Both the position numbers and the translations under genes were made by a program. The notes under the pieces were generated by a model. It was not told where the DNA came from, made no database searches, and saw only the letters and a program-made list of their open reading frames with translations. Positions 12,152 to 23,762 of a stretch of 42,404 bases of DNA are shown in pieces. Position 1 is the first letter of the stretch. Each line of letters begins with the position of its first letter. Source of the stretch: Paraglomus brasilianum (taxonomy: Eukaryota); the NCBI GenBank assembly GCA_910592345.1, contig CAJVPI010000209.1, positions 1 to 42,404 on the forward strand, given 5' to 3'.

Positions 12152-14998
12152 ATGATAACAATGGCAACCAACGTGGACAAAATGTCTGATGAGGAAGTGT
12201 TAAGTAGTGTTCGATTCTATCCCTTTGATGACTTCACCGATTCAACAGTCATTGGTAAGGGAGGATTCGGAATAGTTACGAAGGCAAAATTAAAGACACT
12301 TGATAGAGTGGTTGCATACAAGTTTCTCATCCCAGAAAATGAAGATGAGGCGTTCACAAGTTTTGTCAAGGAGGTTGGTTAATCAAATGACCGTCTTATA
12401 TGTGGGATATTATTACTTAACCATGATGTTAATATTTAGCTTAGAATTCATTGCATGGTTGGTGACCATCGTAACATAATTCAAATTTTTGGAGTGAGCA
12501 AGGGTAAGCATCGAGGTGATTTATGCATAATCGTGAATATGGCATTAACAATTCCTTGCAGATAAGCAGGACAGACACATAATGGTCTTCGACTATGCTG
12601 ACAGTGGTTCATTACGGTCTTTTTTATCAAACAAATCGGCCGAGTTGGATTGGCCTACTAGATGCAAACTGGGTTTGGATATCATCAGTGGACTACGGTA
12701 TCTTCATTCGAAGGGTATTATACATAAGGATCTGGTAATTATAGCATACACATACAAAGTCCAATATTGGTTATATTCCCCTATATTGATCTTTTATTAA
12801 TTATTTAGACTTCTCATAATGTATTGATTCATGTCGGTGTGGCTAAGATAACGGACTTTGGGTTGTCCGACTGGATCATAGAACAAAAAAGTCAATCAGA
12901 TGTCAAAGGAACTTTTGCATATCTTGATCTTGTATGTATATCTGGCAAAAATACTAAGCGTGATGTGAAGTCCGATATATTCAGCTTTGGAGTGATATTG
13001 TGGGAAATTTCTAGTGGAAAACCTCCATGTGACGGGCTCCGAGACAAGCATGACATCATAAGTTATAGAATAAATGGTTGTCGAGATCCTCCAGTTGAGG
13101 GAACTCCAGAAGGATATATTAAATTGTATTCAGAATGCTGGGATGATAATCCTGAGAAAAGGCCATCAAGTGAACAGATTGTCAACAGACTAGATGGCAT
13201 CCACAAACAACCAATAATAACATCAGAGCATCCATTTGCTGATAATTTGTCAAGTCTATATCATAGAGAATTATTGAAAGGCACAAGTTATGAACAGATA
13301 GCTGACTTAATTAAAAAGTGGCTAATACACAATAAATGTTATCAATATCCTTCAGTTGCAAAACTCAGTCAGCATACAAGTTGTGGACGATGCAATTGGT
13401 TAATGGGTCTCTTTAATGCATATGGAATAATAATTGAAAAAAATCTTGATCAAGCAATCAATTGGTATCAGCAATCAGCAGAACAAAACTATGCTACTGC
13501 ACAAAATAATCTTGCTCATTGTTATGAAAATGGAATTGGAGTAGAAAAAGATATTAAGGAGGCAGTTAAACTGTATAGGAAAGCAGCTGACCAAGGATAT
13601 GCTGTTGCACAAAATAATCTTGGTAGTTGCTATATGAATGGAATTGGAATGAACAAAGACGTTCAGAAGGCAGTTGAACTATATCATGAAGCTGCTGAGC
13701 AAGGATATGCTACTGCACAATGTAATCTTGGTTACTGCCACCAATATGGTGTTGGAGTGGAAAAGGATGATAAGAAAGCTATTGAATTATATAAAAAAGC
13801 AGCAGAACAAAACTATGTTATTGCACAAAATAATCTTGCCTGTTGTTATGAAAATGGAATTGGAGTAGAAAAAAATGTTAAGGAGGCAGTTAAACTGTAT
13901 TGGAAAGCTGCTGACCAAGGATATGCTGCTGCCCAAAATAATCTTGGTAGTTGTTATAAAGATGGTATTGGAACAGAGAAAGATGTCCAGAAAGCAATTG
14001 AATTTTATCAAAAAGCAGTTGATCAAGGATATGCTACTGCACAATGCAGTCTTGGTTATTGCTGCCAATATGGTGTTGGCATGGTAAAGGATATTGAAAA
14101 GGCAGTCAAATTATATGAAGAAGCAGTTAAACAAAATTGCATAGCAGCACAGAATTATCTTGGTTATTGCTATATGAATGGAATTGGAGTAGAAAAAGAC
14201 ATTCAGGAAGCAATTAAATTGTATCAGAAGGCTGCTGATCAAGGATGTGCTGCTGCACAAAATAATCTTGGTTATTGTTACAAGCATGGAATTGGTATTA
14301 TAGAAAAAGATGTTAAAAGAGCAATTGAATTGTATAATGAAGCAGTTTCACAAGGACATGCACCTGCACAATACAGTCTTGGTTGCTGTTATGAAGATGG
14401 AGTTGGGATAGAAAAAAATATTGAAAAGGCAGTTGAATTGTATCAAAAGGCGGCTGAACAAAACTTTGCCCCTGCACAGCATAGTCTTGGTTGTTGTTAT
14501 AAAGATGGAATTGTAGTAGAAAAAAATGTTCAGGAGGCTATTAAATTGTATCAGAAAGCTGCTGAGCAAGAGTATGCTGCTGCACAATATAGTCTTGGTT
14601 ATTGTTATGAAGATGAAATAGGTGTAAAAAAAGATATGAAAAAGGCAATTGAATTATTTGACAAAGCAGCTAGAAAAGGGCATGCTGGTGCACAATGTAG
14701 TCTTGGTCATTGCTGTGAAGATGGAATTGGAACAGAAAAAAACCTTAGAAGGGCTGTCAAACAATATGAAAAAGCAGCTGAACAAGGATATGCTGCTGCA
14801 CAATATAATCTTGGTTGCTGCTATTTGAATGGAAAGGGTGTAAAAAAGAACATTCAATTAGCACTTGAATTATATCAAAAAGCAGCTGATCAAGGTTACA
14901 TTGCTGCACAGAATTATCTTGAAGACTATAATAAGAGAAAGAGTGTAAGGAATACTGTTAAAAATCTGTTCAATTCACTTTCAAAAAAGAGTAACTAG
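12152..14998 (+). CDS. Tyrosine-kinase-like protein kinase with C-terminal Sel1-like repeat array
   Basis: Kinase motifs: IGKGGFG, VAYK, FVKE, HKDL|TSHN, DFG, KSDIFSFGVILWEI, CWDDNPEKRP. Three introns interrupt the kinase domain. About 14 36-aa Sel1 repeats follow (AQxNLGxCYxxGIGVEKDxxxAxxLYxKAAxQG). This architecture is known to be expanded in arbuscular mycorrhizal fungi and relatives. Confidence 0.93.
13400..14925 (+). repeat. Coding tandem array of 108-bp Sel1 units
   Basis: Visible 108-bp periodicity, e.g. the recurring gcacaaaataatcttg...ggaattggagtagaaaaa. One unit carries an extra codon (GIGIIEK). Confidence 0.9.
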
Positions 14999-15504
14999 TA
15001 CTAGTATTAGGACATCATAGATCTTAGAATTGTCGTTTAACAAATTGTCAGTTACTCATATTAATTTTTTTTTTGTGTGTCAAACTAGAATTAATAAAAA
15101 TTAATTATGTTGAGGTTAAAGGCCACATACAAAACTTTTCAGCATGCTGGATGTATATTAAAAAATCAGTAATTCCTTTGTTGGTGGTTAACAATCAACT
15201 TGCCTACAATTGTGAATACAGCTAAGAATTAAGGTATATTTATTACTTGCTATTACCCTAAGAGTCACGAGTAATAGGAGACACCAATTCTTACCATGTC
15301 CAAGACTATTGTATTAACCACATGAGTCAGCAAACCCTAGTAACGGTTGCGAGAAATTTTCTCAGTAAAAGGCCGAGTATAGAGCTAAATAGCTGATTGA
15401 TTTTCAGCTGGCACGACAATATTTTAACCAAAAACTATGTACAAGCGGTGTTGTTATTGTCAGTTGTAATCGTAATACACATCTCCTTCCAGTGGTCCTC
15501 TATT

Positions 15505-16340
15505 GATATAAAAAAGCCTAAAGACAGAGTCACGGTAATGCTTGCACGCAATGTAACCGGCTCTCACAAATTGCCAGCTGTTTTCATTCATCGATATAAA
15601 AATCCAAAGTCTATTCGTAATGCTGGTAAAAACACGCTATCAGTATGATTATTATTGGAATAATGCATCTTGGATGCAACAACCGATATTCTAATCGTGA
15701 ATTAAACGCGTTAACGAACTGATGCGAAAAATATTTTGCTATTAGCAGATAACGTTTTTTCCCATAAATTAGAAGACGGCAAAGTATCAAGCAACATTAT
15801 ATTGCACTTTCTTCCACCCAACAATACTGCTCACCTTCAATCAATAGATTATAGAAAATATTTGTGTAAAAATAGAATAGATGCATTTGATCAATTTCAG
15901 GAATATAAATATCTTGATTGGGTTGCAGAATCATGGAAGAATGTGACCGAAGATGTATTATACAGATGCTGAGAACAAACTGGCATTCTACTGATGAGTT
16001 GGTCGAATGAACCACGAAATTGAGATAGAAGACAAAATCGGTCAGTTGTTTGTTGATCAATGATCGTTGATGAAGCCGTCGTAAGAGCAGAAGATTATAT
16101 TGAAATTGATAATACTTTAGGAACAAGCGATATGCTCGATGATGATGAAATTCCTACTGCCGTCCAAGAAGCGCCTGAGAATAAAGGAGAAGATGAAATC
16201 GCCTTAGAAAGTATTCAAAATTTACACAATTACTTGCGACAGAATAGTGATATAAAATAGACAGTTAATTCGTCTCAGGATTAAGAAATTTAAAATGGAA
16301 AATTAACAAAATGACAATGACTTCAACGCAAACTAGCATG
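15505..16340 (+). mobile_element. Degenerate pogo/Tigger (DDE_1, CENP-B-like) transposase remnant
   Basis: Reads KKPKDRVTVML..N.TGSHKLP..FIH...NP, then YYWN..SWMQ..IF, LL.DN..SH, FLPPNNTAHLQ, WVAESWKNV and an acidic tail. It is broken by stops, frameshifts and deletions. Confidence 0.85.
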
Positions 16341-18204
16341 AATAATATTCTACATTATCCTATATCAATATTGTCCTATTAATATTATTTAAATAAAAAT
16401 TTAGCATATTGGTCACATGGTTTCGATAAGTCGGTTCGGTCTACCATGCCCAGCCATGCATGACCGACTTATGTATTAAGAATGTTGCAGAAATTTTTAT
16501 CAAAGATTGTTTGGATAACCAATTAAGCGGCAACTTGATCAAGTTCAGCATATGCTAAATGCTAGAGATTATAAGGCTGAATAACTGGCATTAACGAAGA
16601 CATTAGAGATCATAGTGAGCGCCGATTGAAGTATTTACAATAATAAGTTTATTGGTTATTTTCCATCATATTCATTCGATTGTGTAGGTATTATTCCACC
16701 ACCATAAAATTTATTCCGGCATTCCGTTAGAGCCCTTGACCAAATCCTTTGCATAAAATGGTATTAACTTCGGTCATTTATACAATATATCTAAATTTCT
16801 ATTGCGGAATAACTATTCTAAAATCTATACGTCTGATTTTGTTAATTTCCGCCGCTGTACTAATAAATAATATGATAAATAAATTTGAAGACATATCGTA
16901 AAATTAATTAACCTAAACAAAGCATTAAGTGAACGCCATTATTACAATATTATTGCTAAATCCAATCGTTGAAAGAATATTTTATCCATAATTTAATTTT
17001 TATTCAAACTTCACTTCGACTATAACATTACGACTTTAATACTTTACATAATGCAATTATGATTTAGCACACGGCATTAATTCCCGTACTCACTGTCAAA
17101 GACAATTGTGCATTATTACTTTTTTATTATTCCTTTATGAAGGTAATGTTAAATTATTATTCGTTCAAAGGAAAACGGCCTTTCCGTCAATTCAGAATAA
17201 AATGCTAGAGACTAGTATTTATTACAGCGAACGGTTAGTAACGTACTTGAATGCTGAACAGAGATACAGATGTAACAACAAAACTGATGCAAGTTAGTGA
17301 ACAATCAGTAAATGAAAATAAATAAATGTAAAACTAGCTTATTTAAACGTCGGGCCTTCTAGATTATTTGATTTTTAATGAAAAGTTCGCGGCGCGTTTT
17401 CATAGCTAACTAAATTAATTAGAATTGTATCGAGAATTTCTATGCCATCTAGTCTTATAATTGCCACGATTTTCCCCCCTCATTTATCTGACTAGATTCT
17501 AATTAAATTTAAATTCGGACTGTTGGATGATCAGTCTATTAAGTTTGACACATTATTATTAAGAAATGACAAATGCTTGTGCTGCGCTACATAAAATTTT
17601 TGGCTCGGCCATTACTTTCCTTATTATTATGTAAGACGTCTCCAGTTTAATTTTTTGATGTCGTAATAGATTGCCGAGAATGATGTGTTAGTGGGAATGT
17701 GCGGATATGACACCATTGTTCCACAAGTGTAATGGGTTTGACGGAGAACACTTTGATTTCAATAGAAAACTTTTTAAGAAAAGAAATTAAATAACAATGT
17801 CAAAATAAAATTTTATTATATATATAAAACAAAACTTTACATTTGTTTTGAATGTTTTGCGACTTAGTTTAGATCCAAATTGGGCGAATAATAATTGATT
17901 AAACCAATGACTTGTCTCAAATAACGAAGAGTAACTAAATTTATATTATGGACTTACTTTCATGAAGTGTCACGTGGCATAATTCTATAGGCCAGCAGTC
18001 GTTTTTACGAGACCAAGAAACAAATAATATGTTTATTACTAATAAATTAGTTTGGAGTCTGCGATACCGAAGTATACGAGAGCCGCTACTATGTCAGTCA
18101 ATCTTATTTGACGCGCTTTGAGTTAATTTGAAATATTCCCCTTCAGCAAAGAGATTTCACCAAAAAGTAGGTTTTCTCACAAGTCAATCCGCAAATGCGC
18201 ACCG

Positions 18205-18915
18205 CAGTAGGATGCAAAAGTATTCCCCCACTTCTACTTCGGGACACGAATGAGTAAATGCTTTGAAAGTTTCTCTGTATATAGTGTATAATAAACCCTA
18301 TCACTTGTAAAATTTCAGCTTGATCGGATGTCTCCAGTAAAAATTTACAAACATCCAATATTTGCCTCTAAAACATATGAAAAACATATAAAACTATATA
18401 AAAACCCTACATCGCTTATTTCAATTTATACTTCAAAAATCCATATCTCCACTGATTTGCGGGTTCTTTTTTTTTTTTTGTTTATCAAACCAATTCCTAC
18501 GTATTTCTTTAGATGTGGTAGTCGAAATCGCTATTATACTTGGCAAGACACGTGAACGATCTTTATAAGTATCATTATGCCGCACAATTGTTTGTATTTT
18601 GTAGTAGAGATCACACAGTAACTTGTTCTAAAATTACACGAATGCAATTCGATGGTGCAGAGGAACAAATTAAAAGAAAAAAATTCACAAAATTTGGTTA
18701 GAGAAGTGATATAATTTTTTGAACTCTTGTGACTAAATCCCCAAAATATGTCACGGTAAAACTTTGGTGTTTAGAAATTTTGCTGGAGACATCCGATCAA
18801 GCTGAAATTTTACAAGTGATAGGGTTTATTATACACTATATACAGGGAAACTTTCAAAGCATTTACTCATTCGTGTCCCGAAGTAGAAGTGGGGGAATAC
18901 TTTTGCATCCTACTG
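18205..18915. mobile_element. 711-bp non-autonomous Tc1/mariner-type MITE with long TIRs
   Basis: The left end cagtaggatgcaaaagtattccccc... is the reverse complement of the right end ...gggggaatacttttgcatcctactg. About 133 bp are near-perfect (one mismatch seen), plus ~20 bp degenerate. TA follows the right end. There is no internal transposase. Confidence 0.92.
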
Positions 18916-19124
18916 TAAATATATAATTATCACCAACTCGTTTATGAGGATGAACAATCTAATTTAAAATCAAAGTTTTTTTTTTTTTATTTTTACATTT
19001 ACCAGTGTTCTACAGTGGTTGCTGTCACATGATATCACATCATTGGCATAAATTTACGTGTAAGTGACGATTTACTCCCTCCAAGATTTATTTATCGAGA
19101 ATTCATTCTAATATTCCCAGTATC

Positions 19125-19727
19125 ATGTCACACGCAGACGCCCGTCGTCGTCAACTTCATGTTCCGCAAAGACACGCTGCTGAAATCAAAGACGGCTTTG
19201 AAGAATTACGTCGACAACTTCCATTTGCATGTAGTCATAATGGAAGGATAATGAGCAAGGCCACCTTGCTGCAAAAAAGTAAGTGTTGATTTAGTGCAAA
19301 CATATAATATCTGTATATTGATATACTTGATGGTTACTACCTTGATGTTATTGTCGGCTTTACGATATTCATCTGGCTCCGTATCTATTCGTCGACAATT
19401 TAGCCGCTCATCATGTTAAAAAACTGCGATCAAGGGAGAATTTTCTTCTCGAGGAAATCAATAGGCTTAACAGAATTGTATTATACCTCAACACTCAATT
19501 GGAAAACGAGAAAAAGTATGTCCATAATATTGTCTACTGCTTGATGCCTCTCTTGCATATTTTGCAACTCTCCTGTAGCTTCCCTCCGTTTATTCCCTAT
19601 CCCCTTCATCTCATTACCCTATCTTTTCTCTATATCCACCATTGATTGATACCCAATAAAATCCCAACTTTATTGTTGAGTATTTAACAGTAGAACCATG
19701 ATTACATCTTTTCATTTCTTCGAATGA
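19125..19727 (+). CDS. Short (~100 aa) HLH-leucine-zipper protein with a disrupted basic region
   Basis: Exons 19125-19278, 19404-19515 and 19691-19727 join in frame: MSHADARRRQLHVPQRHAAEIKDGFEELRRQLPFACSHNGRIMSKATLLQK|TAHHVKKLRSRENFLLEEINRLNRIVLYLNTQLENEK|NRTMITSFHFFE*. It is a paralog of the gene at 23763-25308 and is missing from the ORF track. Confidence 0.8.
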
Positions 19728-20980
19728 TCTAACAATTCGCTGACACCGTTTCACGGTAACATATAGGATGGGCCAAATCTATCGTCAGATACAGGCTTTT
19801 GACAAAGTTTACGACTCTGGATCTTGAGATACCTTATGGGATTTTACTTGATGATGCATGTTCGCAGAATCGGTCTTTTCTCCAGGAAAAAACTTGCACA
19901 TTTGGTGTCTTTATTTGTAGTCAAAGGAAAATATTGCAGTGGTGACACGCTTTCTGGTTTGCATTTTTTTAATTAAAAGCTAATTGACGAGAAAATGTGG
20001 AAAGTTTTGACTTTGACTAGGATTCGGTGCGGTGCAATGTGAAGTATACTGGAAGCATAGATTACCTTATTATTATATGCGGTTTATGCTTACACACAGA
20101 GAAACACATATTACTGAAAAGTAACGCGAACACTGATTATTTCATTCACGTTTCATCCAATATTTGCATTCTGGTCTCAAATTATCATCTATTTTAGAAC
20201 TGATTAAAAAGGCCAATAAATAAATGTATTAATTGCTCGCCCGCGCCGAATTTAAAGTTGCTGCGTCACGTGTCCATCAAAGTCCGAAAACTTTGCTTAA
20301 ATTTATTTATGATGCTGAAAATTTATACAGGTTTAATTGTTCCCAATAAAAAGTAAAAAGGTAAGGAAAGAAAAAAGAAAAAACTCCGAATTTCATTTAA
20401 TCTATTACAACAACAACACCATCATTCACCACACAAAATTAAGATAATAATTAGGTCATTGTGTAATACGCTTTGTTATCCAGAACGTAAATTTGGAAAC
20501 AAAGAGTCCAATCAATTCCCCGGCTCGAATCCCTTGTCAAGGTGCGCAAAGAGTAAGATTATTTACATAAATGGAATATGGAATATGGAATAAACAGTGA
20601 ATCAAGAATGTTTCCTTGTGAACAAGAAAGAATGAATCGTTCTTCATTCCAACCGACTATTTTAAAAAAAAGAGAGAGAGAGATGCGCCTATTAAGCTTC
20701 AAGCTCATTCTTGTAAAAATGCATGGCCATGCACAATTGCAGTCACAGCACTAGTTGACATAAATCCGAGTCCTATTTCAATTAATGAATAATACTTACA
20801 AGTCAGTTTCGATTCGTTCGGTGCTACAAAATAAATGCGGCGATATTATTACAGCTATAGATTTAATATTTGTATAGGTAATCATCATGTACCTGTCTTT
20901 AAAAAAGACAAAGAAATTAGATCGAATATTCGTTTGACAAGGGTAATATTCGAATTTGCTACAAAGACAGATAGCATACC

Positions 20981-22885
20981 TCAATCTGACAACTTTACCA
21001 GCGCAGCATCCACCTCTTCTTCGGCTACTACTGGGCCATGTCCAGAACATCTTGCTTTAGCTTTAAGTTCATTGCACAATTGATCCATCTCGTCATCTTC
21101 CAAGTCGTCAAACTTTGGGTGTTGTTGAATTCTCTCCCACACTTTATTACACGATAAATATTTCTTATCCCGTATATCCTCTAATGATGCAAAGCCGTTC
21201 CCATGATTACTCAGGGCAGTAAAAAGCGCATCCCTTATGTCTGACGTTGGCGTTGCTGAGTCTGCCATCGGAGCATATGATCCAAACTCTTCAAAGTTCT
21301 CTTCAAATAATGGACCCAACGGTTCTGCGTTTGAAAATGGAGCATCAATACTGACGGTGAACGGCGTCGGATCTCTATATTGTGTGAATGCACCGGAAGA
21401 CGACCTCTTGTGTGAATCGGACGTTTCGTTATCGTCATCCAAGTCATCTGGGCATACTCCATTAGTGAATTTCTGGCAAAATTCCTTTGCAGACTGTGGC
21501 TTAGCGGACGACTGTTTAGTTGGCTTGGGCAGCGGCGCAACTTCTGAAGCTGACATATCATCGTCGACAATGACAAAGTCATACGTCGATATCTGAGGAG
21601 AATTGGAAAAATTGCTAAAAGGAGTTCCCGCTTCGATCGGTTGCAAGTTGCCTGCCTGTCCCACGCTGCTTGCAGGCGTACTTGCCTCTTCGTCACTATT
21701 CTGCGATGATGGAGGTGTGCACACGTCTGGTTGACCAACTGTAGTCGAGACTCTGGGTGGCTGTCCAACAAAATCGCTAATCTTCTTGTCTATATCGGCA
21801 GTACTTCTAGACGCGCTGGAGACGGTAAAATCAAATGAAAAGTTGGACTGTTTGAGTAAACTGTTCTCTTCTCGTAACTGTTCTACTAGCGCCTTGAGTT
21901 TTTCATTCTCTTGAACGCTCTTGGCAGATTGTGATTCTAATGCTTTGATTTTATTTTCGAGCTCTTTGACATAGCGTTCTTTTCGTTCACGGAACGCTCG
22001 CTGTGCAGCTCTGTTTTGCGCCTTGCGTTTCTAATGTCAATGAATATAGTTGAAGAATAATAGAGGTCGTGAAATAGCATCAATAATCGTTTATATTAGT
22101 TGTTTTGTGTTGTTATCCGTAATACTGAAAGATATGTGTGCAAAGACCAGCATCATTACAAAACAATATTGAAAACGTACAGAGCTTGGAGTATTTGTAA
22201 GTGGTTTCCTTCCGGGCTTTTTCTTCTGTGGCTCAGACGAATGTTCTGACAGTGTTGGTGAATTGCTCAACTCTCCCGGGTCTAATAAACCAAATAAAAA
22301 TATTAATATTTTCACATTCTTACGACAAATAATTTGTAAAGTGACGTTCATGATGTATGATTGACTTTATGTATATAACCGTGTGTGATTCTCTCCCACG
22401 TTAGTCTCTTTTCAACTCTCCACCCCCCCCCCCCCTTCCCCTTTATCCATACAAGTTTGCTAACCTTGAGTAGAGAGATCCGGATGAGGAACAGACGAAA
22501 CGTTTAGATTATCTGCAATGATAGGTGTACAGTCAAATGTCAGTCATGGGTTAGAGATTCTCAAGCCACACCCAAGCATTCGTAAGACCATGTTTTGGCA
22601 TCACTTTTGTGCACTGACTTGGCACTCCCAACGACTCTTTCAGTCTTACTTACGACTTGCTTTGGTTGGAGTCTGTTGAATAAAGTCTTCCAACAGGTCT
22701 AATTTCCTCTTTGCGTCTTCCTCATATCTGTAACGATCATTAGAAGCTATCGCTGCAGCAAGTAGTTTCTGTGCTTCAATGTTGTCTTCGAGAGAAGTAA
22801 GATCCCACGAGTAAGGGTCCATGGCGAAAGCAGTCGCAGCAGCTGACGTGGGTAACGGGTTTTGAGTTGGAAACAAAGGATTCAT
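20981..22885 (-). CDS. YAP1: Fungal AP-1-like redox-responsive bZIP transcription factor (Yap1/Pap1 family)
   Basis: Basic/zipper region KKKPGRKP....SS|KRKAQNRAAQRAFRERKERYVKELE. Internal Cys motif FCQKFTNGVC. C-terminal Cys-rich domain LSCNKVWERIQQHPKF...MDQLCNELKAKARCS..GPVV. Four exons join in frame. Confidence 0.9.
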
Positions 22886-23762
22886 TTTTGAATACTATAT
22901 ATAAAGAGAGTTAAGAAACGATGAGGTAATAATAACGAGGATGGCTAGTGCTTGATATAATGTTACAATTTGCATGACGCAATACAGAATGTATCACGGA
23001 TTTCAGCGAGACTGAAGAAACATGATTGGTTGGACAGTCCATAATTACAGTGGTACAGGCTATTAAATAATGATATCTGATACACTTTACATGCGTCAAT
23101 CCAATTCTTATTATGGCAGTCATACTCCAAGTGTGTGTATAACACCTTTAGCGTTCAATCGTAGGTGTAAACAAATAAAGAACGCAAAACTCCAAGTGTG
23201 TGTATAGATAAATACATTTTTTTGATGAATTTTATGTAATGCAAAGAAAATAGATGCTTATATAACTATACAATATTCACCCCTCTTGCTCTCTCTCTCC
23301 TTCTACCTCTCCCACCATATCACTACCATCCACACAAACTAAACAAGCTTTTTACTACAGTAATAGCATTCACGCAAACCAGCCAATTGGCATAATGCAT
23401 AAACCATTATAGGAATGATCGTAGGATATTGACTGAATCAAAAGTTGAAAGATTATATATAATAATTAAATCAAAATTAAAATCGACATAGCGGAAATCG
23501 ATGTGTCTTATATATATATTCAAAGTATTTATTTCTCTGTCTTACTTACTCGCCAATCAATAACAATCTATCTCTCTCTCCTATTGCTGGCTGATTGAAT
23601 GCTCAAAGTATTTCTACTTTGATCGTTTTACACGTTCGACAGGAATAATCGCTTCTCTGTTTCTCACAATCCGAGAGCGTAAATTTTGTCAAGAGTCTGT
23701 CTCTGACGATAGATTTGCCCCATCCTGTTAAATATCATGAAGCATGTCAGAGACAATTTGCA

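Noticed and set aside
13674..14857. Several alternative-frame and antisense ORFs; array considered as CRISPR-like
   Set aside because: They are shadows of the Sel1 coding repeats, and there is no repeat-spacer structure.
16560..16790. Minus-strand broken frame MQRIWSRALTECRNKFYGGG
   Set aside because: It could be a relic, but no family could be recognised.
18143..18926. Two near-identical ORFs (LLETSDQAEILQVIGF...) on opposite strands
   Set aside because: They are translations of the two MITE TIRs, not genes.
20515..20545. gctcgaatccc resembling a tRNA T-loop
   Set aside because: It lacks the GTTCG consensus and no cloverleaf could be built.
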